A model generated the notes under the pieces. That model had not been told where the DNA came from and did not search any database. It saw nothing but the letters and a program-made list of their open reading frames with translations. A program made the position numbers and the translations under genes. Shown here piece by piece: positions 38,101-51,300 of a DNA stretch of 64,000 nucleotides; position 1 is the first letter of the stretch, and the number at the start of each line of letters is the position of its first letter. This stretch comes from Balanoglossus misakiensis (lineage: Eukaryota; Animalia; Hemichordata). The stretch lies in assembly GCA_040954595.2 (NCBI GenBank), contig CM082585.2, forward strand, positions 10,094,564 through 10,158,563, read 5' to 3'.

Positions 38101-41100
38101 CACTAGAGTAGAGTAGAGTGAAACAAATCAACAAGACTAGTTTATCAGAAGCCACACTTTTTACAATTGTACTACTACGAAAATGTGTGAAATTTTGGAA
38201 TATTTCACCTTGATCTGTAGGGCTACAGATGAAGTGTTCCAGGTCCTGGAAGATAATCAGGTGCAACTGTCAACCATGAAAGCATCCAGATTTGTCAAGG
38301 CGTTTGAGAAGGAAGTCGACCACTGGGAGAGAACACTGTCTCACATCTTAGAAGTTATTGAAATGACACTGACAGTTCAAAGACAGTGGATGTATCTGGA
38401 GGTAAAGGGGCTGAGTTATTATCTGTTAAGCTTTGAATTGTGGTCAGTCCAGTATGTACATGTATGTATTGTATGTGTAGTGTGTGTGTGTGTGTGCGTA
38501 TGCATACACATGTATGTATATCAAATTAAATTTGGATTATGCACATTCTCCTCTAGGGAATGTTGGCATATGAAATGATCATCACTTACAGTGGGATATC
38601 ACACCATTTATCATAAAATTTCTCACTTCTCTAGAACATCTTCTTGGGCGAGGATATCCGCAAACAGCTACCCAGAGAGTCCAATGAGTTTGACAGTGTC
38701 AATGCCAATTGGAAAGTTATCATGACCAGACTGAGCAGAGACAACAACGCCCTCCGGGGAACCCACTTCCAAGGTAGGTAGAGCTTGTCAGTGTGAAAGA
38801 GAATAGACAAAAGTTCTACCATACACTTGAAAGGGAGCATGGTCCTGATATCACAACTTGCACACAAAATTTTCTTTATGAAGGTGTTCATGTACATGTA
38901 TACGTACGTACATATGTACAGTATAAGGCTGGTTCAGAGTCATATACTTTTGGAAGCCTTTGAAAATGAAACTTGCACCAGGAAAGTTGTTACTTTCTGA
39001 TTTACATATTACCGGTATCCGTTATAACATGTAAATTATCAAAATATGATAATTATTATGAATAAGTGGTTATATGCTGCTAGTTGATACTGACTGTATG
39101 GAAATGTGATGACATCACACTTTTATAACAGGTTTACTGGAAACTCTGAACGACATGAACACCAAACTGGAAGAGATCCAGAAATCACTGGATATGTACC
39201 TGGAAACCAAACGTCAGATCTTCCCCAGGTTCTATTTCCTATCCAACGATGACTTGCTGGAGATTCTCGGCCAGTCTAGAAACCCAGAAGCCGTAAGTAA
39301 CAATTTTAGTTGCTGTCATCTTCCTAATACCAATCATGGTATGATTTAGAAACTGTCCCCCAATCCCTAGCAGTCTATATACTGCAGTACACTCTTTTTC
39401 AGGAACTTGATGACATGAAGCAGTATTTTTAACTATGCATTGTCAGTCAGAAAATTTCCTTGTTCATAGCAACTTCAAACAGATCTTGAAACAGACATTC
39501 TAATCATAAAACCCAATCTTGACTCTCATCTTTACGCTTTGTCAAATGCTGTATTTCTGCAGGTCCAACCTCACTTGAAGAAATGCTTTGACAACATCAA
39601 GTCCCTCAAGATGCACAAGATGGGCATCACTCAGAAGTTTGAAGCTTCCGGAATGTTTTCAGCCGACGGTGAATACGTAGAGTTTGGACATCCTGTTTTA
39701 CTGGAGGGACCAGTCGAGGTGCATATATTCACCGTATTTTACACTGAGCATTTTTCAGTTTTAACCCTTTCCCCCTGCTATTTCCACCCAAAGAGGTCCA
39801 GTATTGCCATTGACAATAATGGGTCCAACTTTACCACCAAATAGACCATGTTACTTTGTTGAAAAGTGTTTATATTGTGAAGATTCTGATCTGTACATTT
39901 CATTGCAGGCATGGTTGTGTGATATTGAGAGAACCATGAGATGGACTCTGAAAGATATTCTGAAAAACTGCAAGATTGCTTTGAAGAAGAACTTGAACAA
40001 GAGAGACAAGTGGGTCAAGGAATGGCCTGGACAGGTTAGTAGCAATAGTCTGTAAAATATTGCTCCAAAGTCAGCATTTGGTGATGGATGATGTAATTGT
40101 ATTGTATTGTATTGTATTGTATTGTATTGTACATGTATCTGTTACACTGAGATACGTGTAATTACTCTTACCTGGCTTATGACTTGATCTTGTGTTGTGC
40201 GTTCTCTGGATAACCATTTTGTTACTGTTGGTTCTGCGCAGATGTTGATAACTTCGAGTCAAATGCAATGGACAGCAGACTGTACCAAAGCCCTGGCAAC
40301 AACCAAAGAGAGGGGTGACCAAAGAGCCCTGAAGAGTATGAAAAAGAAACAGGTATGTTATTCATGAAGGAAAGACTGACTGACTAACTGACTGACTGAC
40401 TGACTGACTGACTGACTGACTGACTGACTGACTGACTGAATGAATGAATGAATGAATGAATGAATGAATGAATGAATGAATGAATGAATGAATGAATGAA
40501 TGAATGAATGAATGAATGAATGAATGACGGAAAGAAAGAAAGATACTGTGTGTGGAGTTGCATCATACATAATTTCCAAATTCATGGAATGCCATTTCTT
40601 TTCCCTAGGCATCCATGTTGAACAAGCTCTCTGATGCCATCCGAGGCAACCTGACCAGGATGCAGCGAGCCAAGATCGTGGCGCTGGTCACCATCGAGGT
40701 GCACGCCCGAGACGTCATCGAGAAGCTGATCAAGTCGAAGACCAACGACGTGACGGCCTTCGAGTGGCTGATGCAGCTGCGAGTCTACTGGGACAAAGAC
40801 ATTGACGACTGCGTGGTCAGGCAGACCAACACTCAGTTCCAGTACGGATACGAGTACCTCGGTAACTCTGGCAGGCTGGTCATCACCCCACTGACCGACA
40901 GATGTTACATGACATTGACAACTGCCCTGCATCTACATCGTGGTGGCTCCCCCAAGGGTCCGGCTGGTACTGGCAAAACAGAAACCGTCAAGGATCTGGG
41001 GAAAGCCCTTGGAAACTATGTCATCGTTGTCAATTGTTCAGAAGGTCTTGATTACAAGTCTATGGGCCGTATGTTCAGTGGCTTGGCACAGGTGAGCGAT

Positions 41101-42613
41101 TCTTTTAACTCCTTTCACCCCTATTCCTCTCTAAATGGATCTTGCTGCAGTAGAGGGTTCGCTGTACACACAGTAGCATTCACCAAAGTGATGATGGTAT
41201 TTTGATTTCCAGACTGGTGCATGGGGTTGCTTTGACGAGTTCAACCGTATCAACATTGAAGTATTGTCTGTGGTAGCACAGCAGATTCTCTCTATCTTAT
41301 CGGCGCTGGCAGCCGGGTCGTCGCGATTCGTCTTTGAAGGACGAGAAATCAATCTCGTCTGGTCGTGCGGTATCTTCATCACAATGAACCCAGGTAAGTG
41401 ATTTCATACATTCACATACGCGGGGAATGAAGATACATATTTTCCATCATTTATATCTATAATTACAGTGTTAACATCAAAGTCTGTTTTCCTCAGCTGA
41501 CATGTATCAATATTACTGTTCTTTCCATTAGGTTATGCTGGCCGTACTGAACTGCCTGATAACTTGAAATCCATGTTCCGTCCGATCTCCATGGTTGTGC
41601 CCGACTCTGCCTACATTGCTGAAATCATCCTGTTTGGTGAAGGCTTCAGCAACACCAAGGTAGGCATGGAATTTATCGATAGAACTCATATTATTTATTG
41701 CTGGTAATCTATGCTAAGTTTAAAGGAATAGTGAGGTTGAATTAAGTCATTCAGTTGGGGCTTTTGAAATGCCAACCAGAAATTGTTAAAACTCTTGTTC
41801 TCCACAGCTTCTTGCAAAGAAGGTACACACACTGTATTCCCTGGCTGTGCAGCAGTTATCCAAGCAGGACCATTATGACTTCGGTCTCCGTGCCCTGACC
41901 TCCGTGCTGAGGTATGCCGGTCGTAAGAAGAGACACTTCCCACCATCAATGCCCGATGAAGAGGTGAGTCTTCGTGTCCACTCCACATCCAAGTTGAAAG
42001 GGCAAAGTCACTAATATTGGTGTTTTTAGTTGTGTTTTTTTGGTTAGATTGTGTTGTTAATGTTGTTCTGCTCACTGAAATATTACACTTTTTAATTTTT
42101 TTTTTTTCCACAGGTGTTGTTGTTGGCTATGAAAGACATGAATGTACCCAAAATGACAGCAGTTGATTTGCCGCTGTTCACTGCAATCACTGCAGATTTG
42201 TTCCCTGGAGTTGATACGCCTGTCATCGATTACGGCAAGGTTGGTGATTTCTGGTTTGATACTGGAATATATCGAGAAATTTTGGCTTGTATTAGGTTGT
42301 ATGTTCTTGTGGTGTTGACATGGACCTCACAGGAGTCACTGAACGATTTTCTTTCTTGTTTTTTTTTAAACAGTTAAAAGTTGCTGTTGAGAAAGAAATC
42401 AAACTCCAGAAACTACAGGTTATTCCGATAACCACCCTGAAAGTTATCCAGCTGTACGAGACCATGAATTCCCGTCACTCTGTCATGATTGTGGGCGGTA
42501 CCGGAAGTGGGAAGACTGTGGCTTGGAGGACATTGCAAGCTGCTATGACTTCACTCAAGAAGCAGAACTTTGAAGACTATCAGTTTGTCAGAGTAAGTTT
42601 TATCTGTCTGTGG

Positions 42614-42644
<31 letters not shown>

Positions 42645-45600
42645 GAGGTGTTACTTATATATGAACTAGATAGCAAAGTTTGAACATTAACGTGAGATAA
42701 AAACCATGCCTGGTATGTGCCCAGATCGGTAACATTAATATCATCTATTTTCCTGTCTTTTTAGGATTTCCCAATCAATCCCAAATCACTGTCCCTGGGT
42801 GAACTCTATGGTGAGTTTGATCTCAACACCAATGAATGGACTGATGGTGTTCTGTCTAGTGTCATGAGACAGACATGTGCAGGTAAGAACCATTGGACAA
42901 TTTTGTTCTCAAACTAGAACCTGAAGTGTTTGTTTTAAATTGTGTGCATGATCCCACAGGGTAAGAAAATTGTCTAATTAAAAAAATCCAAATCATGTTT
43001 GCTAATTAATATCTGTATGATTTCATGATAGATGAGAAACCGGATGTTAAGTGGCTTGTATTTGATGGTCCTGTGGACACCCTGTGGATTGAGAGCATGA
43101 ACTCTGTTATGGACGACAACAAAGTGTTGACTCTGATCAACGGTGAACGTATCGCAATGCCAGAACAGGTATGTGTTCATTTATTAAAAGCAATTATTAT
43201 GGATGATAATTCTTATAAATATAATTGTTTTGGTATCATATTGTATGTTGCATAATTTTCCTGATGAAATGAATGACTATATGCTCACTGTGTATTATAG
43301 GTGTCGCTGTTGTTTGAAGTGCAAGATTTGGCAGTGGCCTCGCCAGCTACTGTCAGCCGATGTGGAATGGTGTACACAGACTATTCTGATCTTAGGTGGC
43401 AACCGTACGTCAATTCGTGGCTCGAAAAGAGGAAAGACAAGGTAAGGGCCATCATCAAAGTGTTGGTTAATTATCTATTATTTGTATACTACAGGCGAAT
43501 CCAAGTTTGCACTAAGCTGTTACTTCAGATTTCCCGTTATTCCCCCAAGTGATGGAAAAGTTGGTTAGTGGTCAAAGGCTGACTTAATTGAGAAACCATT
43601 ATTTTTTTTACAATCAATGTTGTTCTTGATTACAGGCATCTGCTGAGATCCTGCAGAGATTGTTTGACAAGTACTTGACCAAGATCTTGGAATTCAAGAG
43701 ACAGAATTGCACCGAGCTGGTCACAATATCTGAACTAAATGGCGTTTCTTCCTTCTGCAAACTGTTTGAAGCATTGGCTACCGAGAAAAATGGGGTAAGG
43801 CACCATCTTTCAAGAATAAAAAGTATGACTGGATACATGTCATGTTTCATGTTGCATTCTCGAGAAAAATTGCAAATGAACAAAAGTTGTTTGCGTACAG
43901 CAAGACCATGCACACAATAGGAGCTGAATGCTTACCCTGTGCTAGTCCATCGCTAGCCCACTACTACTGGTGTTAGTGATGTGCCAGCCCAATAGGTAAC
44001 TGTGCAGTAGACTGCAAATATTCCACAACTAGCAAAATGTTAGTCCCATATGCTCTAGCACAGTAATGGCTATGACCAAGTAGAAAGGCAATCTGTACTC
44101 AGTGTGTTAATCTATTTGTCCTTTACATAGGTAAGCCCCCACGACAGAGAAAACTACGAACGCATGCACGAGCTGTGGTTCTTGTTCTGTGTGATATGGT
44201 CTGTGTGTGCATCCGTGGATGAAGACGGCCGAAAGAAGATAGACAACTATATCAGAGAAATCGAAGGCACCTTCCCGAACAAAGACAGTATCTACGAGTA
44301 CTTTGTGGATGTCAAGAATAAAACTTGGGCTCACTGGGAGGACAAACTGAGGGGAGGTTGGAGATACCAGCCAAAGTAAGTCCTTGGTGTCAGTGAAGAG
44401 AGTTGTTATGAACACTGTCCTCTAGAGACAGCTATATAGCGTTCAATTTGGTTATTTTGTATGCATGTACATGCATAGTTGGCTACTGATATTTTGAACA
44501 AATACCAGATTGAAAATGTATGGATGAGACCTATCTTTATATCTGAAAATTTATTACCAGTAGTGGTCCACAGAACCATTCTACTGAACCATGGTGAATT
44601 CTTAGTCTAATTTTGCTAAATGTCTCTCACCAACCCATCCACCTCCAGCCTGCCGTTCTACCGCATCATCGTGCCAACCGTCGACACAGTTCGCTACGAC
44701 TTCCTGGTGAACACTCTGATACAAGCTGTCCATCCCGTCCTGATGGTGGGACCAGTGGGCACCGGCAAGACCTCGGTTGCCCAGGCCGTGCTGAGCAAGC
44801 TGGAGCCCCAGAAGTATAGCGTCCTCACCATTAACATGTCGGCCCAGACCACGTCCAACAACGTGCAGGACATCATCGAAAGCCGAGTTGAAAAGAGAAC
44901 CAAGGGTGAGATTTGATCGTCTCACCAGACATTCGATTCCACAGTCCTTATATACGGTGTCACCAACCTCAGGAAGAATATGTCTTAAATTTAGCAATGA
45001 TTGGAATAAATCTGAAATAGCCGCACATTGATTTGATAAAAAAATACCAGTTTAACTAATTTGCATATTGCTTGCTCCCACCCAGGTGTCTACGTGCCCA
45101 TTGGTGGCAAGAAGTTGGTGACTTTCATGGACGATTTCAACATGCCGGCCAAGGATACCTTTGGTTCCCAACCACCTCTGGAATTGATGAAACTGTGGAT
45201 GGACTATGGATTCTGGTATGACAGACTGAAGCAGACTGTCAAATACGTCAGGGTAAGGAGTCTTATTTGAGCAACCCTATTCCCTGTGGACTATTTCTGT
45301 ACGAGCTGCTGAGCAACTTCAAGCGTTTGGAAATCTACATCATAATTTGATTCATCTTCTTTGTAACATTACAGGATATGCAGATAGTTGCATCCATGGG
45401 CCCACCTGGTGGTGGTCGTACCCACATCTCAAAACGCCTGCAGAGTCGATTCAATCTTATCAACATGACCTTCCCAAGTGTAAGTACTTTGACAATCACT
45501 GTGAATTGGCATCAGAGATCACAGGTATTCAAACATAAAATATTCTGAATATATATCTCAAAAATTTCCTAATTCAGGAATCTCAAATCAAGCGTATCTA

Positions 45601-48284
45601 TGGCACAATGATCAGCCAGAAACTGCAAGACTTTGAAGAAGACGTCAAACCCATCGGCGACATCATGACCCAGGCCACCATCGAGATCTACCAGAATGTA
45701 GTGCAGCGGTTCCTGCCAACACCGGCCAAGATTCACTACCTCTTCAACATGAGAGACATCTCCAAGGTGTTCCAAGGCTTGCTGCGGGCGCACAGGGATT
45801 TCTTCGACACCAAACACAGCATGACCAGGCTCTGGATTCATGAGTGTTTCAGGTACAGTCAAACCTGTGTTAATGGCCACCTCTACATACAATGCATATA
45901 TTGTGGGAGACTCTGTATAGTGTCTTCTCTGATATTTATTTGATTTGTGTATCATCATTTCAGGGTCTTCTCCGACCGTCTGGCTGGCGCCGAAGACATG
46001 GAACTCTTCATTTCCATTCTGAGCGAAAAGTTGGGAAATCTCTTCGACCAGACCTTCCACAACATCTGTCCAAACAAGCAGCCGCCAATATTTGGTGAGT
46101 GTGCAGTGAGAGAGAGAGAGAGGGGGGGGGGGAGGGAGAGGTGTTTGTGTGTGTTTAGGTGTTTGACAGAAACAGAGAACAGCTGATGGCAACATTATAA
46201 AAGTTCCACACCACAAATAATGTTTTTTGGCCTCCTGATAGAACTATTTCTTTATACATGTACCAAATATGTGGAGAGACCTGTAGACCACCAGTATATT
46301 TGGAGCAACATACCCCATAGTCTTTCAATTGCACATGGGTTGACCCGTGCTCTAAGGTCTAGGTATGTTCCCTGGGACGTTTTAATACAAGTACATCATC
46401 TGAGGTTCTCATTGATCAACAATCAGGTAACTTCATGACCGTGGGAGAGACGCCCATCTACGAAGACTTGCAAGACTTCAAAGCCTTGAAAACCTTCATG
46501 GAAAACAGCTTGGAAGATTACAACAACACTCCTGGTGTGATCAACATGGACCTGGTCCTCTTCAGAGATGCTATTGAGCATGGTGAGTTTAACGTATGAA
46601 TGATGGACATTTTGAGATCAAAGGGATGGACACAGTATACATGTACCAGTTTTACTATAACTGAAAAAATGTTTTCGAAACTCACAGCTGCTGTTCCTCA
46701 TAATCATACATAAATGCCAAATCATACACAACTCAAACTGAATGCAATATTTCTTTTACCTTTTTTCTTGTTCAGTCACTCGGATTGTGCGTGTGATAGG
46801 CCAACCACGTGGCAATATGTTGCTGATCGGCATTGGTGGTAGCGGTCGTCAGAGTTTGACCAGACTGGCTTCGAGTATCTGTGAATACCACACGTTCCAG
46901 ATCGAAGTCACCAGGCACTACAGAAAGACAGAATTCAGAGATGGTAGGTTCAATGCATTGTGTGTGACCCTTTTGTCATCAGAACTTAGTCTGACACATT
47001 TTTTGAACCCAGAATCTCCTGAAAAATCACTGGAAGAACTCCTGGAAAGTTCTGGAATTTTGATTGACTCTGAGAGTATGAACCCTGACTTGCACTCATA
47101 TTTCTCAGGAGCTGACATGATAAGCATGCGTCCCTGCTGTTTGTATCCCTTTAATGTTCGACAGGCAGGATCTACCTTGCCAAATCCCTCTGCTTGATAC
47201 TATCCCTTCTTTGACTTTCTCAGATCTGAAACGACTCTACTTCCAAGCCGGAGTGGACAACAAACCCACCATCTTCCTCTTCAACGACACCCAAGTCGTA
47301 GAAGAAGCCTTCTTGGAAGACATCAACAACATCTTGAGCAGCGGCGAGGTTCCCAACCTCTACAAACCAGACGAGTTTGAGGAAGTCCGCACGGCCTTGG
47401 CAGAAGAAGCCAAGAAAGACAACATTCCGGACACCCCCGAGTCCATATTTTCATATTTGATCGACCGGGTCAGAAGTAACTTGCATATTGTGTTATGCAT
47501 GAGTCCTGTGGGTGATCCATTCAGGTAAAACCATAATTATTGTTCTTATTGAATATACATTCTCCAGATCAAAAGTTACTGTTCTACAAACTACATAGTA
47601 TGTAATTTTTAACACTCACGTTTATCAATTTTTACCCTCCTGTAAATTTTCACACAGAAATCGCATACGTATGTACCCTGCGTTTGTGAACTGCACAACA
47701 ATTGACTGGTTCAGTGAATGGCCACGAGACGCCCTGATTGAAGTCGGCGAGAGATACCTAGAGAACATGGATCTTGGAAGTCCTGAAGAGGTAAGACCGT
47801 TAGGTCATTCTTACTTTGTATTCTGGTATTGAAAAAAATACAGCAAGACAGAAATCTTGTCCATTTAAATTTCGTACTTTTGTAATTATCGATACAAGGA
47901 GCCTGTTTTTTTCCAGCTGAAACTCAATATATTTTTTTTTCAAAGAGAAGTTACTTATGTTGTTCTGCCAATGGTGGTTGAGGTTTATTCTCACATCAAT
48001 ATCAGTAACCTCTTTTTTGAAAGAAAAACTGATGCAACTTTTTCCCTTTGTACGCTTTTAATTATCATATGTTGAGAATTTTTTTTTCATTTTATAGAAA
48101 TTTCCTTTGCGTGTGTATGTGTGTGTGTGTGTCATATGTATGTTTGTTAACACATGTGTGTGCACACAGGCTAGTGTTTGTTAGAAGACAAGTGTACATT
48201 GTATGTGTGTGAATGCACACATGCATGCAGATGTAAATGTGTATGTGTGCATGTGCACATGTATGGGTGTTTGTGTATAAGTGC

Positions 48285-48364
<80 letters not shown>

Positions 48365-51300
48365 ATGCACATAATCCTTTTTGTGGGCACACAAGTGCAC
48401 GTGTGTGTGTATGTACGTGATGTAAAAAACCCGACCTGACCTGCCTACCTACCCCGTAGATTGCAGAAAAAGAAACCAAAGAGAAAGACAAATCGGTCAA
48501 AGACATCAAAGAAAGCTCTGAGGAGCAGCAGACGCAGTCTCCAGTCTGGGTACTGTAACAACAGACAATATGTGTGCTTTGCAACTGCTGTGACTGTCTT
48601 CCACAAAAAAAGAAAAAAGAAAACACACACAAAATTAGCCATCTTTAACCTGTGTCCGTTGTCTTGACATCTTGTGCTTGTAACATGCATGTAATGAGAC
48701 TACAGACATGCTTGGTATTTGAAAATTAAAAAGAAAGAAAAAAACTCTGGTTTGTTTTGCGTTAATGTTATAACTTCATCTGTGTTTAATATGGTGTGGG
48801 GATTACGCTTTCTCTCAATCCATTCAGATTCTGTGTAAATAATTGCGTCTCTTTTCATGCTAACAATTGTTTGTGTAAGAATTGTTGAACTTAACATTAT
48901 TGCCGTGGTGTTCCATCTTAACTTAGTATGCACCTTGTTCAGGTGCATTTTTGCAGTGACTGTGTTCATTGGATGCGTGGTATTAATACTTCATAGCTAA
49001 AATCAGTCGGGATTTCCATTTATTTAATATATTAATTTATTTATACCCACAAAATTGGTGATTAGATTTGACAACATTAATGGGCAGTAATGGCAAAATT
49101 TTCATGTCGTAATCTGTTGATATACAACATGTAAAAATAAAAACATTATCGCAGTCCATGTAGAAGTTTAGTGGACCATATCACAAATTCATAACATTCA
49201 GGAAAAGTATTGGCTTCCACATGCCATTTGCTTGCATCGAGGCTTTTTCTTTTACTGTGGTAAAAAATAGATTCACTACTTTTGGGGAGAGTTATGGAAA
49301 TTTCATTTCAGAAGACAACAAATCTTCATGGATGCATGGTTTGTTCATATGCATGTACTAACAGCATGACTTTACCCATTTGTTAAATGCAGGATGGGTT
49401 AATTTAAAAGTGGTGCAAAACTCAGAGTGAAACAAGATTTCAAGAAAAAAACAAAATGTAGTCAAAAAACATGCATGCTAAACTGGAAAAAAAAAGAAAC
49501 AAAGTTGAATATCAGCACTGGTACTGAACTTGCAAATGATTTGTTTTCTCTCGTAGACTAAAGGACACGTGGCTCAGATTTTCTGTACCATTCATCGCTC
49601 TGTGGTTCAGAGTTCCGAGCAGATGCTTCATGAACTGAAACGACACAACTATGTGACTCCCACCAACTATCTGGAACTGGTGTCTGGATACAAGCAGTAA
49701 GTACAGACTTCTTCCCCCTCCCCCCTGCCAACACCTTTTTTTCCCCCTGCGCAAATGTACCATAAAGCGTAAACTGACTTAATCGTGCATTCACGACAGG
49801 CTGTTAGCAGAGAAGAGGAAAGAACTGGGTGACGCCGCCAACAAACTGAAGAACGGTCTGCAGAAAATCGACGAGACTCGCTCCAAGGTGGAGACCATGT
49901 CGGTAGAGCTTGAGGAGGCCAAGAAGAAAGTGGCAGAATTTCAGAAGCAGTGTGAGGAGTACCTGGTGGTCATTGTGCAACAGAAACGAGAAGCTGATGA
50001 ACAACAGAAGGTGCGAACAGAGAAATATTTGTGTCTGAGCTTAGTCAGTCTGTGGAGCTACGAACAGTAAAACCTGTTTCAACTGAACCCTGTCTTATCT
50101 GGAAACCTGTCTATGCTGAACAATTTTCCAGTCCAGACTTATTATAATATTGTTTTCTTAACAGTCTGTACAAGCCCGCAGTGAGAAGATCGCAGAAGAA
50201 GAGGAGAGATGTCTTGCGATGGCTGATGCTGCCAAAGAAGATTTGGCCGAAGCCATGCCAGCTTTAGAAGAAGCTGTCAAGGTAATTACTACAGCTACAT
50301 TTTGGAGTGTTTTTCATCACTTTTAACCAACAGTCTCTCCAAAAAATCAGCATTTTTAAAACCATGTGTTTCATGGATTCTTACTGTAGGCTCTGGAAGC
50401 TTTGAACAAGAAGGACGTCGGCGAAATCAAGTCATACGCCAAGCCACCACCACTGGTGGAGAAAGTATTGGAAGCTGTCATGATACTGCGAGGTGGCGAA
50501 CCGACATGGGCTGAAGCTAAGAGACAGCTTGGTAAGTGAGATAACAGCTTCAAAGTTTGCGATTCTGCATCAGAAATCTCAGTGTCTACAACCTTCCATG
50601 TCACCTGCATATTATTATATTTGTACTGATGTTTGATTTCTTGGACTGCCTTCTACTACAGGAAGTCCCTATTTCATCAAGGAGTTGATTGAATTTGACA
50701 AAGAAGGGATGACTGATCGTGTGCTGAGTAAGATCGGCAAATACTGCTCCCAGCCGGATTTCCTTCCGGACATAGTCGGACGTGTGTCAGTGGCCGCCAA
50801 GTCTCTGTGCATGTGGGTCAGAGCCATGGAAGTGTATGGACGTATCTACCGAGTGGTGGAACCCAAGAAGTTGAGGCTGAATAACGCCCTGGCCACTTTG
50901 GCCGAGAAGCAGGCAAATCTGGCTGAGGCCAAGGCCAAACTAGAAGAGGTGAGTTAGAGAATTTTGTCATAATAAAAAAACATTTGTCAGATTTACCACG
51001 ATGTATAGAATGACCTGAAAATATAAAACCCTAAAATAGTTAAATATAATAGTAGTGATCATATCTCTGTCATGGCACATCTTCACAGGTCACCAGGAAA
51101 ATGGAAGAACTGAAGAAGCAGTACGATGAGAAACTGGCCGAGAAGGAAGAGCTCCGGAAGAAGGCCGAGGAAATGGAGATCAAACTGGACCGTGCCGGAA
51201 AATTGGTGTCTGGCTTGGCCGGAGAGAAGGAAAGATGGGAGATCAGCGTTGCTGTAAGTATATGGCTAGAGATGCAAATATCCTGATCAAAGCCACACTA

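Noticed and set aside
48092-48632. His/Thr- and Cys/Val-rich ORFs on both strands
   Set aside because: Translations of the (TG)n microsatellite.
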